Counted from the first letter of the stretch, positions 19,129-29,985 are shown. The stretch is 64,000 nt of DNA from an uncultured Chloroflexia bacterium (GCA_963734535.1 CAVTHS010000006.1:160001-224000); one strand, 5' to 3'. Notes: generated by a model not told the origin, from the sequence alone. Made by a program: numbers and translations.

Positions 19129-20997
19129 ATGGCTGTCGATATGCGTGCCGGAGGGCCGCAACCCCCGAACGAGGTGCCGCTGCTCACGAACGGGGAGATC
19201 GCGCTCGTCTTCCACGAGATCGGGGACCTCCTGGAGATCAAGGGCGAGCTCGTCTTCAAGACCGTCGCGTATCACCGCGCGGCCGACGCGATCGCCCACA
19301 GCCCCGTCGAGATCGCCCGAGCCTACCGGGCCGGCACCCAGCCGCGGATTCCCGGCGTGGGAAAGGCCATCTCGGACAAGATCGCCGAGCTCGCCACGAC
19401 CGGCCGGCTCGCCTTCCTCGACCGGCTCCACGCCGAGGTGCCGGGCTCCCTCGTCGAGGTCCTCGCGATCCCCGGTCTCGGCCCGAAGACGGTCAAGCTC
19501 CTGTGGGAGCGCCTGGGCATCACGACCCTCGACGGGCTGCGGACCGCCCTCGATTCGGGCGCGCTCCGCGACGCGAAGGGGATCAGCGAGAAGGGCGAAC
19601 AGGCCATCCGGTTCGGGCTCGACGCGCTGGAGCAGCGCAGCGTCCGGATGACGCTGGGCGACGCCGAGCGGATCGTCGGGAGCATCATCGAGCTGCTGGG
19701 GGACACGCCCGGGGTCGTGGCGCTGACCCCGGCCGGCTCGTTCCGGCGTCGCCGCGAGACCATCGGCGACCTGGACATCCTCGCCGAGACGTCCGACCCC
19801 GCCGCCCTGATCGATCGCTTCACGGCGCTCCCGCCGGTCGAGCACGTCGTGGGGGCGGGTCCGCAGAAGAAGGCGTCGATCCGGCTGCTGCGCGGACCGC
19901 AGGTGGACCTCATGACGTTCCCACCCGGCGATGCGGGCACCTACCTCGTCCACTTCACCGGCAGCAAGGACCACAACGTCCGGCTCCGCGGGATCGCCCG
20001 CGATCGTGGCTGGAGCCTGTCGGAGAAGGGCTTCCTGCGGCTCGGCGAGGATGGGGAGCCCGCGGCAGGGGCGGCGGCCGAGCTTCGCACCTTCGCGACC
20101 GAAGCCGAGGTGTATGCGTTCCTGGGCCTCGCCGAGGTGCCACCCGAGCTGCGCGAGGATCGCGGCGAGGTCGAGGCCGCCCGCGACGGCCGCCTCCCGC
20201 ACCTCATCGTGGAGGCCGACCTGCGCGGCGACTGCCACGCCCACTCCAGCTGGTCGGACGGGGTCCACACGATCGAGCAGATGGCGGAGACGGCCCGCGC
20301 GCGCGGCTACGCCTACCTCGTCCTGACGGACCACTCGCACGGGCTCGCGATCGCGCGCGGGCTGACGCCCGAACGGGTGCTCGCGCAGCGCGAGATCGTG
20401 CGCGACCTGAACCGCCGGTTCGCCACCGAGGAGGACGCCGGGACCGCCCCCGCGGCCACGCCACCAGGAGGGTTCCGGCTGCTCCACGGCTGCGAGCTGG
20501 AGATACGCGCGGACGGCGCGCTCGACTTCGACGACGAGATCCTCGCGGCCTTCGACGTTGTGGTCGCGGCGCTCCACCAGGGCCGCCGGCAGCCGCGCGC
20601 CCAGCTGACCGAGCGGGTGCTCGGCGCGATCCGCAGCCCGCACGTCGACGTCATCGCGCACCCCGCCGGCCGCATGCTCGGCGAGCGGGCACGCGACGAC
20701 CTCGACCTCGCCTGGGACGAGATCTTCGCGGCCGCCGCGGCGAACGGGACGCTCATGGAGATCGACGGCTCGGATCACCGCCTCGACCTGGCGCCCGAAC
20801 GGGCGCGACGGGCCGTCGAAGCCGGCTGCCTGCTGACCATCGACTCCGACGCCCATCGAACCGACGAGCTGGCCGGGATCCGCTGGGGCGTCGCGCAGGC
20901 CCGGCGCGCGTGGGTCGAGCCGGCGGTCGTGGCGAACACGTGGCCGCGGGACGCGCTCCTCGCGTGGGTGGCCGCCAAGCCGGGCCGCCTCCGATGA
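19129..20997 (+). CDS. polX: DNA polymerase X / PHP 3'-5' exonuclease
   Basis: HhH motifs, AGSFRRRRETIGDLDIL, QVDL, HFTGSKDHN; PHP motifs GDCHAHS, TDHS, AHP, DSDAH. Confidence 0.96.
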   Translation: MAVDMRAGGPQPPNEVPLLTNGEIALVFHEIGDLLEIKGELVFKTVAYHRAADAIAHSPVEIARAYRAGTQPRIPGVGKAISDKIAELATTGRLAFLDRLHAEVPGSLVEVLAIPGLGPKTVKLLWERLGITTLDGLRTALDSGALRDAKGISEKGEQAIRFGLDALEQRSVRMTLGDAERIVGSIIELLGDTPGVVALTPAGSFRRRRETIGDLDILAETSDPAALIDRFTALPPVEHVVGAGPQKKASIRLLRGPQVDLMTFPPGDAGTYLVHFTGSKDHNVRLRGIARDRGWSLSEKGFLRLGEDGEPAAGAAAELRTFATEAEVYAFLGLAEVPPELREDRGEVEAARDGRLPHLIVEADLRGDCHAHSSWSDGVHTIEQMAETARARGYAYLVLTDHSHGLAIARGLTPERVLAQREIVRDLNRRFATEEDAGTAPAATPPGGFRLLHGCELEIRADGALDFDDEILAAFDVVVAALHQGRRQPRAQLTERVLGAIRSPHVDVIAHPAGRMLGERARDDLDLAWDEIFAAAAANGTLMEIDGSDHRLDLAPERARRAVEAGCLLTIDSDAHRTDELAGIRWGVAQARRAWVEPAVVANTWPRDALLAWVAAKPGRLR

Positions 20998-21060
20998 GCG
21001 GGACCCTGAGCGGGACCCGATGAGCGCGACCCGATGAGCGCGAACCGATGAGCGCGAACC
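20993..21060. repeat. ~14-bp tandem repeat (CGATGAGCGCGAAC-like, 5 copies) starting at the polX stop codon
   Basis: Directly visible. Confidence 0.8.
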
Positions 21061-22175
21061 GCCCGCGCGTACCCCGCTTCGGAAGATTTCCGCGGTTCGG
21101 GCGGCTTCCGTCGCTGCGGGGCCTGCTGGGCCGGCGCCGTCCGCCCCTCGCGATGGGCCGGCCGGGCGTCCCCGTGGCGCCGCAGACGCGCGGAGGGCGC
21201 GCTCGCGACCCGCACGCGGGCGGTCGTCCCTCGGGTCCCGGGGTTGTCGGCCGAGCGCTCCCGAGGGACGTCTCCGGGCCGGGATCGGCCGCGGGCGGCG
21301 CGGCGGCGGATGCGGGCGTCGCCTTCATGGGGGTGGGCGAAGCCGGTTCGAGCGGCCCAGCCGGCGCGAGCGCCTGGAAGGAGATGGTCACGCTCACCGT
21401 GGTCCTGGTCGGGCTGAGCCGCCTGGTCGAGGGGCCCGCACTCTGGGCGATGGCCGTGCTCGCGCTCGTCGTGCACGTGCTCGCGACCCTCGAGGTGCTG
21501 GGAACCGACGCCGCGGCCCAGGAGGAGGGCGTCCCGGTCGAGGCCCTTCTCGTCCCCGGGGTCGCCGCCGTCGCGGCGATCGGGGCGCTCCGGCTCGTCC
21601 CGGTCGGGCTCCTGCTCGTGCCGGCGCTCTTCGCGGCCGGCTGCCTGGTGCTCGCGTCCGTTGCCCTGGAGCGGCGGATCCTCGGCCGCGCCAACGGGCC
21701 GACGGCCGACGACCGTGCCGGCCTGCTCAGCCTCGTGCTGATCGTCGCGTTCGTCGCCTTCTCCGGGATCGCGGCCGCCATCCCGGGCGCGCTCGCGGAA
21801 CCGGTCGGGGGAAGCGTGGCGGCGCGTCCCGGGCTGCCCATGGAGGGCATGATCCTGCTCGCGGCCGCCGACGGGCTGCTCGCGGCGCTCCTCGGGTATC
21901 GGCTGGCGGCCCTTCGAGCCCCGGACCTGCGGGGTGCCGCGATCTCGGCGCTGTCGTACGCGGCGGTCGTGGCGATCGCTGCTGCCAGCCTCCGGGCCAT
22001 GGCGATCCCGCGCCTGCTCGGCCCCGCCCTCCTGACCCTCGTCGTGTACCTGTGGGGCGCCTACCGCGGAGCGCCGCGGCCTGCTCGCGCGGACGCCCGC
22101 TGGGCATGGGAGCTGCTGCTCCTGCTCGGGCTCGGCGCGATCGTGATCGCCTGGAACCTCCTCGCCCAGGGCTGA
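21048..22175 (+). CDS. Polytopic membrane protein of unknown function (true start probably downstream)
   Basis: About 9 hydrophobic segments in the C-terminal ~265 aa. Confidence 0.7.
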   Translation: MSANRPRVPRFGRFPRFGRLPSLRGLLGRRRPPLAMGRPGVPVAPQTRGGRARDPHAGGRPSGPGVVGRALPRDVSGPGSAAGGAAADAGVAFMGVGEAGSSGPAGASAWKEMVTLTVVLVGLSRLVEGPALWAMAVLALVVHVLATLEVLGTDAAAQEEGVPVEALLVPGVAAVAAIGALRLVPVGLLLVPALFAAGCLVLASVALERRILGRANGPTADDRAGLLSLVLIVAFVAFSGIAAAIPGALAEPVGGSVAARPGLPMEGMILLAAADGLLAALLGYRLAALRAPDLRGAAISALSYAAVVAIAAASLRAMAIPRLLGPALLTLVVYLWGAYRGAPRPARADARWAWELLLLLGLGAIVIAWNLLAQG

Positions 22176-22488
22176 CCCGCGGCCCGGCGTGCGGAGGACG
22201 GCGGGCGGGCGGGAGCGGCGGGAGCGGGCGGGAGCGGGCGTGGCGCCGTAGCCCGACGCGGGCATCGCGGCCACGATGCCGGCGTCCAGCCGACGGGGGC
22301 ACGTCGCCAGAAATCGGCTCCACCGATGAGATTCGGGTGCCTCGAGCGTGGACGTACAACGAATGTCGGCTTCGGCTGCGTCCAGGAGCGTGGACCAGGC
22401 GATTCCGATCGGCAGGGCCGATATTCGTCGCGGTGTGAACGGCGCCGACGGGCGGCGGCCCTGCACCGTATCTCCACACGACGCCCGC

Positions 22489-22599
22489 CGTTTGACGCCC
22501 GCCGTCTGACCCGGGCGTTTGACGCCGGGGCGTTTGACGCCGGGCGTTTGACGCCGGGCGTTTGACGCCCTCCGTTTGATGCCCTCCGTTTGACGCCCG
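22489..22599. repeat. 13/14-bp tandem repeat CGTTTGACGCC(G/C)GG, ~8 copies
   Basis: Directly visible. Confidence 0.9.
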
Positions 22600-22687
22600 C
22601 GGCTGCCGGTGCTACAAACGTGAGTCGCACCCCTAACGCGACCCGCTTCGGCGCGCCCCGCGCCGCCCCGAAAGGATCCAACCCTCC

Positions 22688-23545
22688 GTGACGTTTCCCG
22701 AGCTCGAGCAGACGACGCAGAGCGCACCCAGCCTCTCCCGGATCAAGCGGACCCTGACCGAGCAGGCGATCGCCGAGGCAGCCGCGGCCCAGTGGGCAGC
22801 CGCCGCCGACGTGAACCGGAAGCTCCTCGAATACGGTCCCGATGCAGAGGCGGAGAATCGCCTCGCCAAGTCCCTCTGGGAGCTGGGCGACCTCGCCGGC
22901 GCACGCGAGCACTACCAGAAGGCGCTCGCCCTGGACCCGACGAACCGGATCGCCGAGCGGAACATCGACCGGCTCAAGATCCTGCTCGTGGAGGCCGGCG
23001 ATCGAACCAACCCTGCCGAGGTCGGCAGCAAGGCACCGATCTCGATCTTCGTCGAGGAGACCGGCAAGACCGGGTTCGCGCACCTGATGGAGCTCGCCCG
23101 CCCGAAGGTCCTCGCCCAGGTCAACCCGGGCGACCTCGTGGAGCTCTTCGCCGAGGGCAAGCACCTCGTCGCGATGTCGAACGGCATCCGGATCGGCGTG
23201 GTGGAGCCCCGCGTCGCGGCCCGCCTCCTGAAGCTGATCGCGAACGGCAACCGCTACGCCGCCGGCGTGACGTCGCTCGGTGCCCAGGACGTCCGGATCA
23301 TCATCCGCGAGATCTTCCAGGACCCGCGCAACTACGGCAAGGTCAGCTTCCCGACGGCCGCGAAGTCCACGGACCTGCGCCCCTACACGAAGGGCACGCT
23401 GGTCCGCGAGGACGAGGAGCTCGAGGACGAGCTCGAGGACGACATCGAGGACGACGAGATCGAGGACCTGGACCGCGTCCTGCCGGCCGACGTGACGCCC
23501 GACGAGGCCTTCGAAGAGGAGCCCGACGAGCTCGACGAGCCATAG
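22688..23545 (+). CDS. TPR protein with a beta-barrel-like middle domain and acidic tail
   Basis: TPR (AENRLAKSLWELGDLAGAREHYQKALALDPTNRIA); FVEETGKTG...GDLVEL...GNRYAA; D/E-rich C-terminus. Confidence 0.88.
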   Translation: MTFPELEQTTQSAPSLSRIKRTLTEQAIAEAAAAQWAAAADVNRKLLEYGPDAEAENRLAKSLWELGDLAGAREHYQKALALDPTNRIAERNIDRLKILLVEAGDRTNPAEVGSKAPISIFVEETGKTGFAHLMELARPKVLAQVNPGDLVELFAEGKHLVAMSNGIRIGVVEPRVAARLLKLIANGNRYAAGVTSLGAQDVRIIIREIFQDPRNYGKVSFPTAAKSTDLRPYTKGTLVREDEELEDELEDDIEDDEIEDLDRVLPADVTPDEAFEEEPDELDEP

Positions 23546-23695
23546 GCTGGGGGTCACCGGCGCGCCCGTCCGGATACTCGAGCCACTGCCCAGACGGCCT
23601 TCGGCGCCTGACAGCCGCGCCTCGCGACGCGGATGCCTCACGATCCGCGCCGGGGCCCGCCGAACCCGCGCGGGAGCGTCTGGCAGAATCGCGCA

Positions 23696-26426
23696 ATGGC
23701 CGGTCGTGACTTGCCCGCGCGGATGGCGGCGACGTTGACGCTGCCCGTCTTCGAGCGGCTCGCTCCGCCGCACGCGAACGCGGCGCTCCACGCCGTGATC
23801 GAGGCGAGAAGCGAGCCGGATGACGTCGTGGTCGACCTCGCCGGGCGGGGCGGCTGGGTAGCCCGGTCCGCGCTCGTGCTGGGGCGCCGCGCGCTCTCGA
23901 TCGAGACCTCACCCCTGACCCGGCTCCTCGCGGATGTCGTGGTGCGGCCCCCGGACCTCCGGCACCTCGACGCGGCATTCCAGGGGGTCGGGTCGGCGCC
24001 GCTCGGGACGACCAGCCTGCGCGCCTGGATCAACGAGCGCTTCGCAACAGCCTGCCCGACGTGCGGCCGGACGCTCGCCGCCGAGGAGATCGTCTGGGAG
24101 CCGCCGGCCGGCGGTGGGAGCCCGGTTCCCGTCCGGCGTGCCTTTCGCTGCGCCGCCTGCCTGGATCGCCGCGGACGGGGCAACGAGCTGCGCCACGCGC
24201 CTCCCGAACCCGACGACATCAACCTGGCCGGCGCGTTCAGCCTCGATCCGGCCGTGCGCGACGAGCTCCGGCGGCGCTTTCCCGTCCGCGGCACCGGGGC
24301 GGAGTCGCTGCCCGACGCGATCCTGGACCTCCACTCCGGGCGACAGCTCGGGGGCCTCCACGCGATCCTCGCTCGAATCGACGGCGACCTCCGCGCCTCC
24401 CAGGTGACGTCCGCGCTGCGGCTCGCCTTCCTCCACGCGATCTTCCCGGCGTCGCGCCTCAACGCGTATCCCGGCCGGGCGAGCTCGATCCGGATCACCG
24501 GCGGACGCCTGCGGCGCGCCCGGCTCGCCGGGCTGGCGCGAGCGCAACCCGTGGCTCGCCTTCGAGGAGGGGTATGCCTTCGTCCGGGGCTTCGTGCAGG
24601 CGCTCGACAACGGCCCGCTGGCGGCCGTGCAGGCGCGCCTCGTGGATCGCCTCGACGGACTCGTCGAGGGCGCACCGATGATCTCGCTCCGGGTGGAGGC
24701 CCCGCAGGCGCTCGCGCGGCTGGCGGCAGAGGGCGCCGCCCTGGACCCGGACGAGCGAGCCCGCGTACGGCTCGTCGTGGGGCAGTCGCCGCTGGAGTGG
24801 ACCCCGCCGCGTCTGTCCGAGGCCTATGCGCTCACCGGCTGGTCCCTGGGCAGCGAGGCGGCACGGCTCCTGCCCCTCGACCCGCTCTTCGATGCCGACG
24901 TCCGGCCACCCGCCCGGATCGAGCTGCTCCGCGCGGGCCTGGAGGCCGTCGCCCCGGCGCTCGCCGCCGACGGGCGGGCCGTCATCCTGCTGGAGCCCGA
25001 CGGTCCTCCCGGCCTCGCCGGCGCCGCGCTCGCGGCCGCCTCCGCGGGCTGGCGCGTGGTCGACGCGCGACTCGCCGAGCCCGGCGCCCGGACCGGCGGA
25101 AGCATCGAGCTTGTCGCCCCCACCGGCCGGCTGGCCGCGGGCCCGCGGACGCGCGCGAACCGGGCGCTGCCGCCATCGCCCGGCGGCGGGGGCGACCCGC
25201 GCTCGATCGCCGGCAGGGGCGTGTTCGGCGCGCCGGAGGCGATCGACGGCCGGTTCTCTCCCGCCGAGGCGGCCCGCGCGGTGACCGAGGCGGCGGTCGC
25301 GGTCCTCCAGGCGCGCGGTGAGCCCGCCGAGCGCGATCGGCTCCTGGGGCCGGTGATGGTCGCCCTCGACCAGTGCGGCCAGCTTCGACGGTTCGCGACC
25401 GCGAGCGGTTCGAACCGGGCGCCGGGCTTCGGAGTGGGGACCGCATCGGCCGCGGGCTCCGAGCCGTCGGACGCGGCCCAGGGCCCTGCGCCGTCGAGCA
25501 CCCCACCCCGCGAATCGTCGCCACGCTTCGTCGCGGGGCCGGCCGCGGTTCGCGCCCTGCTCGAGCTGGTGGACGGGGAGCTGCAGCGTCCCGACCACCG
25601 GCGCCTCGCGCCGTCGGACGAAGGTCGCTTCTGGCTGGCCGACCCGCGCGACGAGGCCGCCGCCGCCGCCCCGCTCGCCGATCGCCTGGAATGGGCCCTC
25701 TTCAGCCTCCTCGGCACCGAGGCCGCGGCGTCCGAGGCGGCGCTCCGCGAGGGGATCGGGACCATGTTCGCCGGGCCCGACGCGCCGGACCCATGGCTGG
25801 TCGACGCGTGCCTGAAGAGCTACGCGAAGCCGGGCATCGGCCGGCCAGGGCTGGCCGAGGTCGACCAGCTCCAGCGCCGGACGGAGGAGCACACGGCGAC
25901 GATCGGGCTCCTCGCCGACCTGGGCCATCGGCTGGGACTCCACATCTCGATCGCGCCCCGGGAGCAGGGCCGTCGCGCCGCCGGCCATCCACTGTCCGCT
26001 CATCTGGCGCCCGACGAGCGCGGCCCGGGCCTGGCCTTCCTGGGCCGTGCGGGCGCCGATGCCGTCCAGCAGGTGGACTGCCTGTGGTACGCACGTCCCC
26101 GGTTCGCCTTCCTGTTCGAGGTGGAGTGGACGGCGATGCTCGGCGAACCGGTCCTCCGCCGCGGCCGGCTGATCGCGCCCGACGATCGGATCGTCCGGTT
26201 CCTGGTCACCGTGCCCGAGCGAACGGAGCTCCTGCGCGCGAAGCTGCGCCACGCCCCGGTCCTCCGACGTGCCATGGACGAGGGCAACTGGCACATCCTC
26301 CGGCTGGACGCGCTGCGGCGCTTCGCAGCCCTTCCGACGCCTTCCCTGGAGGATCTCCAGCCGTACCTGGGGCTGGACCCGGCAGCCGATGGCCCCGGCG
26401 ACCAGCTGCCGCTCTTCGAGGGCTGA
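23696..26426 (+). CDS. Large DNA-methylase-fold / Zn-ribbon / nuclease-fold protein with degenerate catalytic motifs (frameshift near 24515)
   Basis: DVVVDLAGRGGW (degenerate SAM motif I), CPTC...CAAC zinc ribbon, VRLVVGQSP (degenerate motif IV), VDCLW...LFEVEWT, C-terminal DQLPLFEG. Confidence 0.75.
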
Positions 26427-26466
26427 CCGCTCGCGGTCACACGCGCTTCGACCCGGTCGCGGCGCC

Positions 26467-26563
26467 GGGGCAGCCGGGGCCACGCGCGGACCCGCCGATC
26501 GAGTCCCAGGGGCAGCCGGGGCCACGCGCGGACCCGCCGATCGAGTCCCAGGGGGCAGCCGGG
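26467..26563. repeat. 42-bp direct tandem repeat, ~2.3 copies
   Basis: GGGGCAGCCGGGGCCACGCGCGGACCCGCCGATCGAGTCCCA at 26467 and 26509. Confidence 0.9.
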
Positions 26564-26614
26564 CCGCCCCGCGATCCGGCGGCTGCCCCTGCCAACGGCT
26601 ACGCTACGAGGTGC

Positions 26615-28264
26615 ATGACCGCCTCCTCCGACCTCGGTGTCCTCGCCGCGCGCACCTGGGAACGCACCCTCGAGCTCAACCCGACGCTCGCCACGATCTA
26701 CGGCGATGAGCGCTACGACGACCGGTTGGACGACCCGGGGCCGGTGGGTCGGGCCGCCCGTCGCGCCCTGGCCGACGAGACGCTCGCCGCGGCCGCCGCC
26801 ATCCCTGCCGCCTCGCTCGACGAGGAGGAGCGCATCACGCGCGATCTGCTTCGGCTCACGGCCGCCACGGAGATCGCGGACGACGAGGCACGGATGGACC
26901 TGGTCGGCGCCGTCCAGCAACATGGCCACCAGTCGCTCCTGCCCGAGCTCGTCCAGTTCCAGAAGGCCGACACGCCGGAACGGCTCGAGCGGCTGGTCGC
27001 CCGCCTGGCGGCCTACCCGGCGATGGCCGACTCGGTCATCGACCTCCTCGACGAGGGAAGGGCGGCCGGCCTGACCGCGGCCCGGGTGGTCGCGGAACGG
27101 ACGCTCGCCCAGCTGGAACGGTTGCTGGGCGCTCCCGCGGCGGCCTCGCCGATCGTCACGATCCCGGACGTCGCGCGGGATGAGGACCGCGCGCGGATCC
27201 TCGACGCCGTCGAGCGGCACGTCCGGCCGGCCGACGCGCGCTACCTCGAGGCGCTCCGCGCCTACCTCCCGGCCACGCGCGAGGTTCCCGGGCTGTGCTC
27301 CACGCCGGGCGGCGACGAGCGCTACGCGGCGCGCATCCGTGCCTACACGAGCCTGGATATCTCCGCCGAGGAGCTCCACCGGATCGGGCTCGAGGAGCTC
27401 GAGACGATCGAGGCGGCGCGGCGGGTCATCGCCGGTGCTGCCGGCTTCGGCGACGACACGACGGCATACCGGGCCGCCCTCAACGCGGATCCCGCCGAGA
27501 TCCCGGCCACGCCCGCGGCGCTCGTCGCGCGCTGCTCGGAGGACGTCCAGCGGGCCTTCGATGTTGCGCCTGCCTGGTTCTCCCGGACCCCGAAGGCCGG
27601 CTGCGAGGTCCGCGCGGTCGATCCGCTGCTGGAGAAGGACGCCGCCGGCGCCTACTACTACGCGCCAACGGTGGACGGCTCCCGGAACGGGATCTACTTC
27701 GTCAACACCTACGACCTGCCCAGCCGGACCTACTGGACGGCCGCGTCCACCACCTATCACGAGGCGGTGCCGGGCCACCACTTCCAGCTGGCGCTCGAGA
27801 TGGAGCTTGAGGGCCTGCCGCTCTTCCGAACCCTCGGCTTCTGGCCGCAGGGGACCGCGTTCGTCGAGGGCTGGGCGTTGTACGCGGAGCTCGTGGCCGA
27901 TGAGGCCGGCCTCTTCCGGAACGAGGGCGAGCGCTTCGGGATGCTGGACGGCCAGGCGCTTCGCGCGGTCCGCCTCGTCGTCGACACGGGCCTCCATGCC
28001 TTCGGCTGGACCCGCGAGAGGGCGTTCCAGGCGATGGTCGCCGCCGGCATCCACCCGACCGACGCCTCGAGCGAGACGGATCGCTACATCGCCTGGCCGG
28101 GCCAGGCCCTGGCCTACCTCATGGGCCGGCGCGAGATCCAGCGCCTGCGCCGCGAGCGGGAACGCCGGGAGGGCTCCGCCTTCGACATCCGGCGGTTCCA
28201 CGAGGACGTGCTGCGGCACGGCAAGCTGCCACTCGCCATCCTCGCCGAGGTCGTCCTCGGCTGA
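26615..28264 (+). CDS. DUF885 family protein (M3/M32-like metallopeptidase fold), paralog 1
   Basis: GAYYYAPTVDGSRNGIYFVN, YHEAVPGHHFQ, EGWALYAE, RYIAWPGQALAY. Confidence 0.92.
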   Translation: MTASSDLGVLAARTWERTLELNPTLATIYGDERYDDRLDDPGPVGRAARRALADETLAAAAAIPAASLDEEERITRDLLRLTAATEIADDEARMDLVGAVQQHGHQSLLPELVQFQKADTPERLERLVARLAAYPAMADSVIDLLDEGRAAGLTAARVVAERTLAQLERLLGAPAAASPIVTIPDVARDEDRARILDAVERHVRPADARYLEALRAYLPATREVPGLCSTPGGDERYAARIRAYTSLDISAEELHRIGLEELETIEAARRVIAGAAGFGDDTTAYRAALNADPAEIPATPAALVARCSEDVQRAFDVAPAWFSRTPKAGCEVRAVDPLLEKDAAGAYYYAPTVDGSRNGIYFVNTYDLPSRTYWTAASTTYHEAVPGHHFQLALEMELEGLPLFRTLGFWPQGTAFVEGWALYAELVADEAGLFRNEGERFGMLDGQALRAVRLVVDTGLHAFGWTRERAFQAMVAAGIHPTDASSETDRYIAWPGQALAYLMGRREIQRLRRERERREGSAFDIRRFHEDVLRHGKLPLAILAEVVLG

Positions 28265-28299
28265 TCCATCCGGCTGGTCGCACCAGGAGATCGATTCGC

Positions 28300-29985
28300 A
28301 TGCCCACGCCCGACACCGCCGTGAACGCGATCGCCGACCGCTTCTGGGAAGGCCTGCTGCGCGAGTCGCCGACGACCGCGACGGTCTACGGGGACGAGCG
28401 CTACGACGAGCTGCTGGACGATCCGGGCCCGGCCGGCCGTGCAGCGGCCCGTGCGCTCCGCGAGCGGACGCTCGCGGAGATCGCTGCGACCCCGAACGAC
28501 GGCCTCCCCGTGGAGGAGCGCATCACCCGCGACATGCTGGAGGTCGTCTGCAGGCTGGGGATCGAGCAGGCAGATGCCCGGATGGACCTGCTTGCCGCGG
28601 TCGACCAGATGGGCGGGCCGCAGACCCTCCTGCCCCAGCTGGTCCAGTTCCAGCGCGCCGACACGCCCGAGCGGCTCGATCGGCTGGTCGCTCGCCTGGA
28701 GGCGTACGGGCCGTTCATGGACGCCTACGTGGCCCTGCTTGCCGAGGGTCGCGCCACGGGGCTTACGGCACCGCGAATCGCGGTGGACCGGACGATCGCG
28801 CAGACGGGGCGCCTCCTCGCGATCCCTGCTGCGGAGTCGCCGATCGTCGCCTCGGCCCAGGTTGCCGACGGCGACGCGCGCGGGCGCGAACGTCTCGCTG
28901 CCGCCGTCGAGACGCACGTCCGGCCCGCCCTTGCACGCTACCTCGAGGCGCTCGGCGGCGACTACCTCGCCGCGGCCCGCGACGACCCCGGCCTGTGGTC
29001 CGCCCCGGATGGCGATTCGCTCTACCGGCTGGCGATGCGGGCGTGGACCACGCTGGACCTCGACCCGGCCGATGTCCACCAGGTCGGCCTCGACGAGCTC
29101 GACGAGATCGATGCCGAGCGCCGGACGATCGCGAGCCGGGCCGGCTTCGGGAGCGACGTCGACGCCTATCGACGCCACCTCCAGGCTGATCCCTCGAACG
29201 TCGCCGCGACCAGCGACGCGCTCGTGGCGCGGGCTCGCGAGGACATCGAGCGGGCGCTCGCCGCGGCGCCGGCATGGTTCGGCCGCCTCCCGGTTGCCGC
29301 CTGCGACGTCCGGCCCGTCGATGCGTTCATGGAGAAGGACGCACCGTTCGCGTACTACTACCCGCCGGCGATCGACGGCTCGCGGCCGGGGATCTACTAC
29401 GTGAACACGTACGACCTCCCGCACCGCTACTTCTCGAGCCTCGGCACGACGACCTACCACGAGGCGGTGCCGGGGCACCACTTCCAGATCGCGCTCGAGA
29501 TGGAGCACCCGGACCTGCCGGCATTCCGCCGCCTCGGCTCGCGGCTCGTTGGCGGGGCGTACGCCGAGGGCTGGGGGCTCTACTCGGAGCGGCTCGCCGA
29601 CGAGATGGGTCTGTTCCGGAACGAAGCCGAGCGCTTCGGGATGCTGACCGCGCAGGCGTGGCGCGCCGCCCGCCTGATCGTGGACACCGGCATCCACGCG
29701 CTGCGCAAGGATCGCGAGTGGGGCGTCCGGACCCTGCTGGATGCCGGCCTGACCGAGACCGACGCCTCGATCGAGACGGACCGCTACATCACCTGGCCCG
29801 GCCAGGCCCTCACCTACAAGGTCGGCCAGCGCGAGATCGAGCGCCTGCGCCGCGAGCTGTCGGCCCGCGACGGGACCGCGTTCGACATCCGCGCCTTCCA
29901 CGACGAGGTCCTCGGACACGGCTCGCTTCCGCTCGCCACGCTCGCCCGCGAGCTGCCCACCTGGCTGGCCGTGCCCGCGAGGTAG
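28300..29985 (+). CDS. DUF885 family protein, paralog 2
   Basis: YYYPPAIDGSRPGIYYVN, YHEAVPGHHFQ, EGWGLYSE, RYITWPGQALTYK. Confidence 0.93.
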   Translation: MPTPDTAVNAIADRFWEGLLRESPTTATVYGDERYDELLDDPGPAGRAAARALRERTLAEIAATPNDGLPVEERITRDMLEVVCRLGIEQADARMDLLAAVDQMGGPQTLLPQLVQFQRADTPERLDRLVARLEAYGPFMDAYVALLAEGRATGLTAPRIAVDRTIAQTGRLLAIPAAESPIVASAQVADGDARGRERLAAAVETHVRPALARYLEALGGDYLAAARDDPGLWSAPDGDSLYRLAMRAWTTLDLDPADVHQVGLDELDEIDAERRTIASRAGFGSDVDAYRRHLQADPSNVAATSDALVARAREDIERALAAAPAWFGRLPVAACDVRPVDAFMEKDAPFAYYYPPAIDGSRPGIYYVNTYDLPHRYFSSLGTTTYHEAVPGHHFQIALEMEHPDLPAFRRLGSRLVGGAYAEGWGLYSERLADEMGLFRNEAERFGMLTAQAWRAARLIVDTGIHALRKDREWGVRTLLDAGLTETDASIETDRYITWPGQALTYKVGQREIERLRRELSARDGTAFDIRAFHDEVLGHGSLPLATLARELPTWLAVPAR

